55,567 nt of DNA from a virus (taxonomy: Duplodnaviria; Caudoviricetes), in the IMG/VR virus record IMGVR_UViG_3300008259_000060, positions 1 to 55,567 of that record, one strand, 5' to 3'. Under the pieces are notes generated by a model. The model ran no database searches. It was given only the letters and a program-made list of their open reading frames with translations, and had not been told where the DNA came from. Both the position numbers and the translations under genes were made by a program. This document shows, piece by piece, positions 29,602 through 38,632 of this stretch. Every line of letters starts with the position of its first letter. Within the stretch, counting starts at the first letter, position 1.

Positions 29602-29862
29602 TCAGCATTTCCACCTTGCGAGAGCAGCCGCCTTGCGGGTAGGCTTGCCCTTTTCATCTTTCATCGGACCCGGCATCCCAGACATACGAGCGCAGAACGA
29701 ATCCTTGCGCTTGCCGCCTTGGGGCTGCGGGGCTTTGAGGTTGCTACCAGTGGCAGCGTTGTACTTGGCCCGCCCCTTGGCAGTCAGGCCAGCTCCCTTG
29801 GAGACCGGAAGCTTTTCGCCTCGGCCAACCGATAGGACTGGACCCTTCTTCTTGGTTGCCAT
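29602..29862 (-). CDS. Small basic protein (DUF6321-like)
   Basis: GLTAKGRAKYN...NLKAP...RKDSFCARM...RWKC. Confidence 0.6.
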   Translation of the reverse strand: MATKKKGPVLSVGRGEKLPVSKGAGLTAKGRAKYNAATGSNLKAPQPQGGKRKDSFCARMSGMPGPMKDEKGKPTRKAAALARWKC

Positions 29863-29864
29863 TA

Positions 29865-30176
29865 TCAGCCGTAGAACAAAACGATGGACGTAGTGTTTGT
29901 CACCGTGCCGTGCAAGTCACCCTCTTTGCAGAGAACGCCTTGGCCCGGAACGGGGATGATTGTGTAACCGGCAGTTGAGCTGGCAGCAGTGTTGACCGTG
30001 GCGATGATGTTGCCAGAAGCTCCACCCTCACGGATCACTACAGACCCGGCGGTTTCGCCATTTACGGCGTAGATCGCTTTGAGACGACTACGAGGAATGT
30101 CGCCATTGTTTTGGGCCTTGAAGTTGCCAGTCGCTGTCAACGGCTTGGTTGCCAAGACATCAGTTTGCATCGTCAT
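29865..30176 (-). CDS. Hypothetical virion protein (103 aa)
   Basis: AGGAG RBS; ends LFYG. Confidence 0.65.
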   Translation of the reverse strand: MTMQTDVLATKPLTATGNFKAQNNGDIPRSRLKAIYAVNGETAGSVVIREGGASGNIIATVNTAASSTAGYTIIPVPGQGVLCKEGDLHGTVTNTTSIVLFYG

Positions 30177-30219
30177 AATTAATCTCCTGTTAGACGGGGG
30201 CCGAAGCCCCTGAGATCAA

Positions 30220-30444
30220 TTAACCGGCCGAGACTTTGAGGGTGCCTGCGTCATTCCAGAGACGGCCAGCAACCGTTGGGTCGCTTGTTGGCAGCGCGGT
30301 CATGGAGATGGATGCGTTGGTCAGCGATGCGACGCCCGAAGCTGTCAGCGTAGTAGCTGCAACAGGACCAGCAACAGCGCCGGTAACTGCGCCAATGAAG
30401 CCGTTTGTCGATGTGACTGGGCCGGAGAAGGTGGTTGAAGCCAT
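30220..30444 (-). CDS. Small capsid-fibre/decoration-like protein (74 aa)
   Basis: MASTTFSGPV N-terminus; LPTSDP.VAG.LWND.GTLKVS. Confidence 0.6.
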   Translation of the reverse strand: MASTTFSGPVTSTNGFIGAVTGAVAGPVAATTLTASGVASLTNASISMTALPTSDPTVAGRLWNDAGTLKVSAG

Positions 30445-30446
30445 GA

Positions 30447-30533
30447 TGATTCCTCACATGCGAGTTGAGGTGTTCTGTCTGCATGTCGTCGGCCCGGAGC
30501 CGTCAGAACACCGGAAAAGTCCGGGGTGCTTGC
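30447..30533 (-). ncRNA. Structured RNA downstream of the major capsid gene (candidate Mu-gpT-DE-like element)
   Basis: Pairings GGTGTTCTG/CAGAACACC, CGGC/GCCG, ACATGC/GCATGT (crossing) and CCTCA/TGAGG. Lies 3' of a gpT-like capsid gene. Family identity is not verified. Confidence 0.45.
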
Positions 30534-30562
30534 AATATACCATTGCGTTTAAACCGATGCAA
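30534..30562 (-). promoter_or_regulatory. Sigma70-like promoter TTGCAT-17-TATATT with GTTTAAAC in the spacer
   Basis: Direct reading of the minus strand just after the capsid terminator. Confidence 0.55.
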
Positions 30563-30563
30563 T

Positions 30564-30592
30564 AAAAAAAGGGAGCCGAAGCCCCCTTTTTT
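30564..30592 (-). terminator. Rho-independent terminator after the major capsid gene
   Basis: GGGGGC-TTCG-GCTCCC hairpin flanked by A/T runs on both sides. Confidence 0.85.
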
Positions 30593-30604
30593 CAATCCGG
30601 TGGA

Positions 30605-31534
30605 TTAGGAACCCGAAGAGCCCCAGATACCCAGTGGATCACTGAAGCCGAAGCTGTAACGCTCACGGGCTTTGTAACGCACGTTGCCGGTGTCGAAGTC
30701 GCCGTCCATCGAGGTCTGCATAGGCGAACGCTCGAAGTGCTTCAAACCGTTTGGAACGTCAGTGGTCAAGAACCAAGCGTTGTTGTCGGTCAAGAAGTGG
30801 TTGACGGTATAGCCACCAGAGATGGTGCCCATCGACTTCAACGCGTTGATGTCGTTGTCGGCGGTAGCCACGCGCAATTCGGTGTCAAGCAGACGCTTGG
30901 CGACGAACATGAGCGATGGAGGGATAACCAACTTGACAGGCTTGGCAGCGATCAACAGGCCGCGCTCGTCCACCCAAGCAGCGATCTGGATCGTTGCGTT
31001 TTCGAGGGAGGTTTCGTTCAAGTCAACACCAGTGGTGGGGCTGTTGTAGTTAACGCCGCCGCCGACCAGAGGGTGACCAACGCGAGTGCCGGAGCTGTTG
31101 TTGCCGAACAAAGACACGCCGTCGCCGCCGAGAGCGGTGCCAGCGAAGCCGGTGTTCAACACAGCAGCAGCTTTGACCTGCTTGGTGAAGGCCATACCGC
31201 GAGCCAAAGCCTTGGTGTAGCGGGCAGACAGACTGTCGTACAGGTTGTCTTCCACAGCTTCTTCAGTGATGGAGAAGCCCAGAGCGATGGTTTCGTGGGT
31301 GTAGCGAGCAGTGAAGGCTTCCTGCGCGTTGTCGTAAGCGATGGCAGAGCCTTCGTTCTTGACAGGTGCAGCGCCAAAACCGGCCAGCTTGGTCTCTTCT
31401 TCGAACGAACGCTCAGAGCTTTCGGTCTCGTAGATTTCCTTGTGCTCTTCGCCGTAGCGAGCGTACTCCAGACCGAACAAAGCGTTCAAGCCGGGGAGCA
31501 GTTCTTTGAGCAGTTGTGCGCGTGAAATAGCCAT
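30605..31534 (-). CDS. Major capsid protein (HK97 fold, Mu gpT-like)
   Basis: MAISRAQLLKELLPGLNALFG; DFDTGNVRYKARERYSFG; followed by a strong terminator. Confidence 0.85.
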   Translation of the reverse strand: MAISRAQLLKELLPGLNALFGLEYARYGEEHKEIYETESSERSFEEETKLAGFGAAPVKNEGSAIAYDNAQEAFTARYTHETIALGFSITEEAVEDNLYDSLSARYTKALARGMAFTKQVKAAAVLNTGFAGTALGGDGVSLFGNNSSGTRVGHPLVGGGVNYNSPTTGVDLNETSLENATIQIAAWVDERGLLIAAKPVKLVIPPSLMFVAKRLLDTELRVATADNDINALKSMGTISGGYTVNHFLTDNNAWFLTTDVPNGLKHFERSPMQTSMDGDFDTGNVRYKARERYSFGFSDPLGIWGSSGS

Positions 31535-31545
31535 GATTTAGCTCC

Positions 31546-32148
31546 TTAGATGCCGACGGCGTTGGTGAAGGCGTGAGCGCCGGGGTTGAATTTAACCAAC
31601 ACGTCAGGGAAGGCATCGGACACTGGAGAAGCGAAACCGATGATTTTGAACGCGGCGGCCGTGGTCACAGTGGTGGACTCCAGTGCGCTGGTCGAGTTAC
31701 CAGTGGTGGTAGAACCAGTGCTGGTGCTCTGCACAGCGGCAAAGAAGGTGTTCGCACCGAGGTCCGACTGGTCGGCAACGCCATCCAGCTGGGCTTGGAA
31801 CGTCACATTGGGGTCGGTGATCACGTATGCAGTCACCACGCCGGTTGTGCCGGAGGGGTAGTACTGGCCGTAAATCTGCTGACCTTGTGCGTTGATGTAC
31901 GAACAGCCGACGAACACACCCAAAGCGCCGACGTTAGCGCCGCCGAGGTTGTTGGTCGTCAAGTCTTCACCGTTGGCGGTTGCCAAAGCAACATAGCCTG
32001 CGGCGTTGATGATGACAACTTGGCCGTTGAAGAGGTTGGATGCCAAACCTGCGGGGTTGATCAGGAATTGGCTCGTAGCGCCGGCATAGGGCATGCCGTC
32101 GTTACGGTTTACGGCACGCAGGCCGTATGGGGAAGCGGTTGTAGCCAT
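31546..32148 (-). CDS. Capsid decoration/minor capsid protein
   Basis: PYGLR N-terminus and GVFVGCSY motif; directly upstream of the MCP. Confidence 0.6.
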   Translation of the reverse strand: MATTASPYGLRAVNRNDGMPYAGATSQFLINPAGLASNLFNGQVVIINAAGYVALATANGEDLTTNNLGGANVGALGVFVGCSYINAQGQQIYGQYYPSGTTGVVTAYVITDPNVTFQAQLDGVADQSDLGANTFFAAVQSTSTGSTTTGNSTSALESTTVTTAAAFKIIGFASPVSDAFPDVLVKFNPGAHAFTNAVGI

Positions 32149-32162
32149 TTAAGGACTCCTTG

Positions 32163-32618
32163 TTACTTTGAACCTGAACCAAATCCACCACGACTCGTCG
32201 TTGACTTTCGATCAGCGAACAGAGGCATGCGTGGGTCATTGTTTCGCATGAAGCTGTTATCCACAGATTCCATCTGAGCCTTTGCTTGGTTGGCGTAATA
32301 CTCATCACGGGCTTGGGCGCGTTCGCGTGGCATCTTGCAGAGCATGAGACCACCTAGTTCGACGTTGCCTGTCTTCGCATTGCCTTCCAGCATCAGCTCT
32401 GGATGGTCTACTGCCTTTACCGGCTCCCAACCTTCACGCATCTTGGTAGACACGTTCGTGTTTTGGGCCTCACCAAGTACGTGGGTCGCAATCCAGCGAT
32501 ACACCATACCGGGTTCGGGTGTCGGATCGGGCAATGCATTCGGCGGTGTATACACGTACCGAGTTGTTTTAGCGCGTGACTCAAGATCACGAGGGGTCCG
32601 GGTTGTAGTTTCAGCCAT
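32163..32618 (-). CDS. Head-region hypothetical protein
   Basis: YRWI...REGWEPV...GGLMLCKMP motif. Confidence 0.65.
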   Translation of the reverse strand: MAETTTRTPRDLESRAKTTRYVYTPPNALPDPTPEPGMVYRWIATHVLGEAQNTNVSTKMREGWEPVKAVDHPELMLEGNAKTGNVELGGLMLCKMPRERAQARDEYYANQAKAQMESVDNSFMRNNDPRMPLFADRKSTTSRGGFGSGSK

Positions 32619-33546
32619 TTGATTTCTCCAATTTTGCTACTTCAGCAGCGTATTGCTGCGGGGTTAATCCATACTTCTTTGCCAACGCAACTTGCGTCGG
32701 AGTAAGCTGGACCTTTCTTGCGCCCGTTGAACGAGTCGCGGGGGCAACAACCGAGGTAGGTCGCTTGGAGCCATCACCGGAGCGTGGCTTGTCTTCAGTC
32801 TCACCGAAAATGTCGGGAAACGTGGACTTCATGCGAGCATCAATGCGCTCGAAGTAATCATCAGAGCGAGGGTCAACCCCCGAGTTGACTAGTTTCTGGT
32901 GCAGCCCTAGTGCAAAGCTGGTAACTTCCTCGTACCCATCAGCCCCAAACCACCGGTTTTTTGCCTGCCAGCGAACAGTCTTGTCATCGAGGTCTTGACG
33001 CGGTACTTGCGTTTGTGGTGTTTGTACATCAACTTCGTCAGCCTGTAAAGGGGCTGCTCGAAAGTTTTTTGCAGCTTCTGTCTTCATCTTTGCTTCAGTC
33101 ATAGCCTCTTGTGCTGCAACCAAAGCGTCAGAGTCGCCAGACTCGTAGGCTTCCTTGTACTTTCGCTTGGCGTCTTCCAGTTCGTTGTCGGCCACCTTCT
33201 TGATGGACTCTGCGTACTGCTCGCTGCCGGACTTCACGTATTCTTTGAGCTTTTTATTCTCATTCGCCATGTGCTCGGCGAGTCGCTCCAGCTCCTTCTT
33301 CTCTCGTAGAAGAGCTTCTTTGGCTCGGCGCTCATCATGACGGGCGTGGGTTAGCTCTTTGATGCGCTTTTGAACGCCATCAGAGTAGCTGTTGATTTCG
33401 TCGTCGGTGGGGTCTGCCACCTCACGGTTCAGCGGTTCACGACCTCGGTCTTTCTCCGGGGTGTCGTCAACAATCTCTACCTCGACCTCGTTGTCGGTCG
33501 AGTCGTTGGAATTTTCCAACTCGTCGGGAAATTTGTATTCAGGCAT
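32611..33546 (-). CDS. Capsid scaffolding protein
   Basis: Acidic N-terminus, coiled coil, C-terminal LT.TQV.LAKK.G helix. ATG at 33546 with AAGGAG RBS. Confidence 0.7.
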   Translation of the reverse strand: MPEYKFPDELENSNDSTDNEVEVEIVDDTPEKDRGREPLNREVADPTDDEINSYSDGVQKRIKELTHARHDERRAKEALLREKKELERLAEHMANENKKLKEYVKSGSEQYAESIKKVADNELEDAKRKYKEAYESGDSDALVAAQEAMTEAKMKTEAAKNFRAAPLQADEVDVQTPQTQVPRQDLDDKTVRWQAKNRWFGADGYEEVTSFALGLHQKLVNSGVDPRSDDYFERIDARMKSTFPDIFGETEDKPRSGDGSKRPTSVVAPATRSTGARKVQLTPTQVALAKKYGLTPQQYAAEVAKLEKSNG

Positions 33547-33556
33547 TTTTGCTCCT

Positions 33557-33991
33557 TTAAGCGCGGGTGTACCCACGGGGGTCCAAAACAACACATTCGA
33601 TTTGGTCGTCGTTCAAAACTCTGAACTCCTTACCAAACACCTTGAAGCGCGTACCCGTATAGGTGCGCACGAGCACAAAATCACCGGGTTTACACCATGG
33701 TCCCGAGGGGAACTTGGCGGTGTCTTTGTACGCGTCTGGTCCGACCGCCATGACCCACAACACAGTGGTTGCGTGTTCTTCTGCCCGCATGGTTGCGGCG
33801 TCTCGAACGAGGTCCAGCGATGTGCCGGCAATCTTTTCATCAACCTCTGGCACGATGCACAACAGCTTGTAACCTGTTGGGATCGGCAGTACTGACGCTT
33901 TCTCCTCTGCATCCGCGTTCTCGTCTGGGGCGTCGATCGGTTGGATGTGTTTTGGCAGGCTAATGCCCGGTGGCAGAATGATTTCACTCAT
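33557..33991 (-). CDS. GroES-like co-chaperonin
   Basis: P.GYKLL...AVGPDAY..WCKPGDFVL...GT.FKV.GKEFRVLNDD.I. Confidence 0.75.
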   Translation of the reverse strand: MSEIILPPGISLPKHIQPIDAPDENADAEEKASVLPIPTGYKLLCIVPEVDEKIAGTSLDLVRDAATMRAEEHATTVLWVMAVGPDAYKDTAKFPSGPWCKPGDFVLVRTYTGTRFKVFGKEFRVLNDDQIECVVLDPRGYTRA

Positions 33992-34061
33992 CTGATTGCT
34001 CTACTTTCTAAAAACACCGCAAGCTGTGCGGCGAACAGTCCGCCTTTCGACGGAAAAATCC

Positions 34062-34265
34062 TCATTCATCCTCGGTTTCGGTCTTTCGGGCCAAGTCCAG
34101 CATGTGACGCTCTGCAAGGGCCAAGCCTTGGATCATTCCGCAGAGCTGCTTGTAAGCCTCAAAGTCCTTGCACGCGCCCGTGGCCACGTCATCTGCGTAG
34201 TTGTTCATGTCCTCACGGATTTTTTCCCTGAGAACTCGTACAAAAGAATCAATTTCTGCGCTCAT
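34062..34265 (-). CDS. Small hypothetical protein after the portal
   Basis: 67 aa, overlaps the portal stop; YKQLCG.I.GL motif. Confidence 0.6.
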   Translation of the reverse strand: MSAEIDSFVRVLREKIREDMNNYADDVATGACKDFEAYKQLCGMIQGLALAERHMLDLARKTETEDE

Positions 34266-36676
34266 TGGATGCCTTTCTGTGCGTTACGCATGGCCATGAT
34301 TTCAGCAAGTTCGGTTTTGTCGGCCTTATCAAGGGCGTCGATCGCCAATTTCTTCTCGGCCAGCTCTGTTTTGTCTGCCTTGTCGGCTGCATCGACTGCA
34401 AGCTTTTGTTGGTTGAGCTGCAGACCGCCTTCTTTGATGGCAACTTCGCGTTCTTTGAGCTCCAGCTCCTTTTGCTGCATCTGAACCACGGGGTCCTGCG
34501 CTTGTTGTTGGGCCTGCTCTTGGGCAACCTGACCTTGGCTCTGCTGGAGAACCTGTTGAGCTGCTTGGGCCATCATTCCAGACAGCGCCAACTCGATCTG
34601 TGGAGGCAAAGGCTCGCCTTCTGGAGGCAAAGGCATACCCAGCTGCTGCTCAATCTTCTGTCGATAGGCAAATCCAACGTGCTCCGCGATGTGGGCCATG
34701 GTTGCGGCTTGAATAGCGCCGGCCCGTGGGTTTTGACCCACTAACTGCATGATGATGGGGTCCTGCATCGCCGACATGTGCACCTGAATGTGCGCCTCGT
34801 GGTCTTGATACTGGAACGCTTTTACGGGTTTACCCTTAAGCAGATTCTGGTTTTCAGAAACTGGGTCGGTTGGCTTTTGATCCTCGTCCATGGGGACCAG
34901 TTTGTCTGCGTTCTTGATGCCCAACACGTCCAGCATGCCACGGTGCAGCATGGGCAGGTCGTAGATGTCCGGGGCCATTTGGGCCAGCTGGATGACAGCT
35001 TGGTACTGGACCACCCGTTGGGACAGGGTTGCCGCGTTGGGATCGCTGACGGGCAGGATGTCCACGTTGCGGTAGTCGCTCTTCTTTGCGCGGGGGCCTT
35101 CTTCGCCGTCCGGCTCGTAGGTGTACTCATCGTCCGTGTAGTCGCGGATGATCGCGGCCAAGAGCTGGAGTTCTTGCTTCAGGGTGAAGTGCACCCGGGC
35201 CTGAACTGCGGTCATGACCTTCAGCTGGCGCTCGAGCAAAGCAAGTGTCGAACCCACGGGAGCGTTGGCACCCATGTCGCTGACCTTCATGTCGGCCGTT
35301 GCGGCAAAACGACGGCCTTCTTCAACGATGTTACCCAGCAGGGCCATCAGAACCTGACTGGGTTCCTTGTAAGGCAGGGGCAAGATGTTGTCGCGGATCG
35401 TGCCGGAGCCGACATCCACGTCGCGGAACTCGCCGGGTGCGATCGGGGTGTCATCACCCTTGATGCGCAGACCACGGCTCTTCAAGCCACCGGGCAGGTT
35501 ACTCAATGTACCTGCGTCGATCAGCTGGCGCATCAGGCTGGTGGCCGAGTTGGCGAACCCGCCGATCAGGTGAAAGAGACCAAAGCCATAGGCACCGAAG
35601 CCGGGGATGTACTGATAGTGAACGAAGTGCTGACGCTTGAGATGAAGACTGTCGTCCTCATTCCAGTTTCTGCGGATGGACAAAACGGTGTTGGTGCCAC
35701 GGATGAAGGTCACCACGTAGGGTAGAGCGATGCCGGTGAGTTCGCCGTCTTCGTCTTTGTCGGAGAGGGGGTCGTCTTTGAAAACCAGTTTGACATGGCT
35801 CTCATACAGGGTGAAGCGCTCGTCGTTTAAGTCGGCAAAGCCGGTCTCTTTGTCCTTGGCCTTGTTGATTTCATCGATGGCACGGTCTGGATCACCCAGC
35901 TCGACATCGCAGTAGAAACCGGCCTGTTGCAATTCAAGAATCTCGTTCTTGGTCTTGCGCATCACGTGGGTGACGCGGTAGCAACTTTGGATGTCCGATG
36001 TTCCGTAGGGCAGGAGGATGTCTTCTGCGGGGATGAAGATGGAGGTCTGCCGGCCGATGCTGGGGTCGTAGTAGACCTTCTTGAATGCCGAGCCGGTAGC
36101 GGGCAAGCTCCAGAGCATGCGCTCATGCTCAGGGCGGAACTCTTGCATGACCTCGGTCAATTGGAAGTTCATGTCCTCTTGAACCCGCTGGGCGGCTTCT
36201 TTCTTGGCTGGGGTCTCTTTGCCGACGATCTTGGTCCGAACCGGACCGGCCGCAGGGAAGGTCTCGGTGATCGTCTCTGACTGAAACCTGACAACAGCTT
36301 CGGTGATCATGGGGTGGAAGACACCGGAAGCACCATCCCAAGGCTCAGTACGCTCTTCGATCTGTAGGCCCAAGAGCTTCAAGCCGGTGACGTAAGCCTT
36401 CTCCCACTCCTTGCGAGAGTTGCGGTCGTTGTCGATGTCGCCATCCAAGTCGGAGACCATGAGCTGGATGGAGCTCTCTGGGAGGTATTCGGCGAGGTTG
36501 GCATCGAAATCATTAACGCTGGGTTCGGCCTTCTCGATGCTGATCTTAAGACCACCCATGTCAATGTTGACTGCCTCGGGGTCGATGATTTCAATCTCGA
36601 TCGGCTCCTCTTTTATGGCAGCTGCGTCGATGCCCATGGGTTGTTGGTAGAGAGCTTTGTCAATGTTCGTTGCCAT
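34262..36676 (-). CDS. Portal protein (P22-like)
   Basis: 804 aa directly after terL; GSAFKKVYYD, LIDAGTLSNLPGG, Gln-rich C-terminal barrel. Confidence 0.85.
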   Translation of the reverse strand: MATNIDKALYQQPMGIDAAAIKEEPIEIEIIDPEAVNIDMGGLKISIEKAEPSVNDFDANLAEYLPESSIQLMVSDLDGDIDNDRNSRKEWEKAYVTGLKLLGLQIEERTEPWDGASGVFHPMITEAVVRFQSETITETFPAAGPVRTKIVGKETPAKKEAAQRVQEDMNFQLTEVMQEFRPEHERMLWSLPATGSAFKKVYYDPSIGRQTSIFIPAEDILLPYGTSDIQSCYRVTHVMRKTKNEILELQQAGFYCDVELGDPDRAIDEINKAKDKETGFADLNDERFTLYESHVKLVFKDDPLSDKDEDGELTGIALPYVVTFIRGTNTVLSIRRNWNEDDSLHLKRQHFVHYQYIPGFGAYGFGLFHLIGGFANSATSLMRQLIDAGTLSNLPGGLKSRGLRIKGDDTPIAPGEFRDVDVGSGTIRDNILPLPYKEPSQVLMALLGNIVEEGRRFAATADMKVSDMGANAPVGSTLALLERQLKVMTAVQARVHFTLKQELQLLAAIIRDYTDDEYTYEPDGEEGPRAKKSDYRNVDILPVSDPNAATLSQRVVQYQAVIQLAQMAPDIYDLPMLHRGMLDVLGIKNADKLVPMDEDQKPTDPVSENQNLLKGKPVKAFQYQDHEAHIQVHMSAMQDPIIMQLVGQNPRAGAIQAATMAHIAEHVGFAYRQKIEQQLGMPLPPEGEPLPPQIELALSGMMAQAAQQVLQQSQGQVAQEQAQQQAQDPVVQMQQKELELKEREVAIKEGGLQLNQQKLAVDAADKADKTELAEKKLAIDALDKADKTELAEIMAMRNAQKGIQ

Positions 36677-36685
36677 GTTTACACC

Positions 36686-38179
36686 TTAGTAATATGCCGC
36701 TCGTCTGCGGCGGAGGTTTGGCTGATCTTCTTCGTCGCTATCGAGACTGATGAAGCCGCCGCGCCTGAATCTGAGCAATGCTTGGCTTGTTGAGTCAACA
36801 AGGTCGTCATGATCGCCATTGGGGAAGGATGCAAGCTCTTCCATCAATTCATCCGCCCACCTTGTATCCGGGCACCAGACAACCCCAGAGGCAAAGAGAT
36901 CGGAGATCGCGTTTACACGCGCAATCTTATCGCTTCCCTTGCTCGGTGTGTACTCCGAAACAGGAACGCCGATCTGTCGGAGTTCATAAATCAACGGAGC
37001 GCCAGAGGCGCGTTTTTCAATGATGAGGGTGTCAGGTTCCCACTCTTGGTAAAGCTCAAGGGCTTTTTGCTTCAGCTCCGGGAACTCCATGCGCTGTTTA
37101 AACGAGTCAAGGCAGATGATGTTGGGCTTCATCTCGCCCCTTTGGTTGGGTTGGTCGAAGACTCCCCATGTGGTGCAGGCCGAATAATCGGACCGGTTTG
37201 ACTTCTCAAAGGCCGTATCCCAGCTCTGGATGATGTAGTCGCATGACGGAGCGACTTCCGACTCCCAGACCCGCCAGCTTTCGCGCTTGATGATCGCGTT
37301 TTCCTGTGAGGTGGGATTCTGTTGGTACTGGGCTTCCCACTTGTAGACTGGAATCTCGGCCTTGATGGCTTCCAGTTCTTCCTTCTTCCAAAACCCGGGC
37401 CACAGCGGGGTGCCCGACGGCAGAAGGGCGGGGAACTCGATAACCTCCCAGTCGTTTACACCGTCTTTTTCCGAGTTCTTCAAGATTTGGCCGGTCAGGT
37501 CCCTCTTGGACCATCGGGTCATCACAATGATGATGGCACCACCGGGCTGAAGACGCTGCCGAGGGCCGGATGTGTACCACTCATACACATTGTCAAAGAC
37601 TGCGGGGTTTCCCTGTTTGGCTTCTTGTTCCGAATGGGGGTCGTCAATGATCAAAAGGTCTGCGCCCTTACCGGTTACCGCACCGCCCACACCGATAGCG
37701 AAGTAGTCACCACCCTTGTCCGTGTTCCACCGGCCGGCTGCCTTTGAATCGGAGGACAGCTTCGTATCAAACACCCGGGAGAACGCCTCAGAGGAAACCA
37801 AGTTCCTCACCTTACGGCCAAAACCCACAGCCAGCTCTGCGGTGTGAGCAGTCTGAATGATCTTCTTCTCAGGGTATTTACCTAGAAACCAAGCAGGTAG
37901 CAGGTAGGAAGCAAACTCGGACTTGGTGTGCCGAGGAGGCATGTTGATGATCAACCTCTTCAGCTCTCCCTTGGCGACGCGCTCAAAAGCGCTCGCCATG
38001 ATCTGGTGGTGTTTACCGGAAATAAACCCCGGCCACATGTGGGATGCAAAGTAAATAAACGACTCTTTGCACTTCTCAATCCTGTCGTACTCCAAAAGCA
38101 TCATGATCTTCGCACGCTCAAGATCATCCACCAACGGAATTAGCTCCCGGTACTTCTCCACCTCTGCGCGAGTCATCAT
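36686..38179 (-). CDS. terL: Terminase large subunit
   Basis: MPPRHTKS Walker A, LLIIDDP Walker B, SWDTA and HDDLVDS nuclease motifs. Confidence 0.95.
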   Translation of the reverse strand: MMTRAEVEKYRELIPLVDDLERAKIMMLLEYDRIEKCKESFIYFASHMWPGFISGKHHQIMASAFERVAKGELKRLIINMPPRHTKSEFASYLLPAWFLGKYPEKKIIQTAHTAELAVGFGRKVRNLVSSEAFSRVFDTKLSSDSKAAGRWNTDKGGDYFAIGVGGAVTGKGADLLIIDDPHSEQEAKQGNPAVFDNVYEWYTSGPRQRLQPGGAIIIVMTRWSKRDLTGQILKNSEKDGVNDWEVIEFPALLPSGTPLWPGFWKKEELEAIKAEIPVYKWEAQYQQNPTSQENAIIKRESWRVWESEVAPSCDYIIQSWDTAFEKSNRSDYSACTTWGVFDQPNQRGEMKPNIICLDSFKQRMEFPELKQKALELYQEWEPDTLIIEKRASGAPLIYELRQIGVPVSEYTPSKGSDKIARVNAISDLFASGVVWCPDTRWADELMEELASFPNGDHDDLVDSTSQALLRFRRGGFISLDSDEEDQPNLRRRRAAYY

Positions 38180-38406
38180 AGAGAAGCTACCCCGCGAACA
38201 CTGCGGTCAATCAGTTTGATCGAGTTGAATTTGTACGGCTTCACCACGAGTAACCCCTCATCCTTCAGGATGTGCACCACACGGTGAATATTCGATTTAC
38301 TCTTCAAACCCAACCCACGTGCAATCACCGAATACGACGGAGCCACTCCGTGTAAACGTACATACGCCTTGATGAAATCCAAAACAAGCTGATGACTCGC
38401 GTTCAT
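38176..38406 (-). CDS. LexA-type winged-helix DNA-binding protein (no peptidase domain)
   Basis: VLDFIKAY...HGVAPSY..IA..LGLKSKS.IHR.V..L...G, matching the LexA N-terminal domain; GGAGG RBS. Confidence 0.75.
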   Translation of the reverse strand: MNASHQLVLDFIKAYVRLHGVAPSYSVIARGLGLKSKSNIHRVVHILKDEGLLVVKPYKFNSIKLIDRSVRGVASL

Positions 38407-38632
38407 CGGTTCCTCCGTTTAAACAAGTTTACACCCAATCAGAACGTTCGCAAGGGTCTTTCAAAAAATATATGTACCCCCGGGGGGTGGGAATTTGGGA
38501 AGTGACGGGGGGTGTCTGGGAAAACATATTCGTTTGTGTGGATTAGAGCGTATAGCGTAGCCGGGCGGCTGGGTCGCATCGGGCCGGGTGGGGGGTGGGT
38601 GGGGGTCGCCGGGATGACTGTAGAGGGAGCGT

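Noticed and set aside
34265-37747. Long plus-strand ORFs opposite portal and terminase
   Set aside because: Shadow ORFs caused by GC3-rich codon usage.
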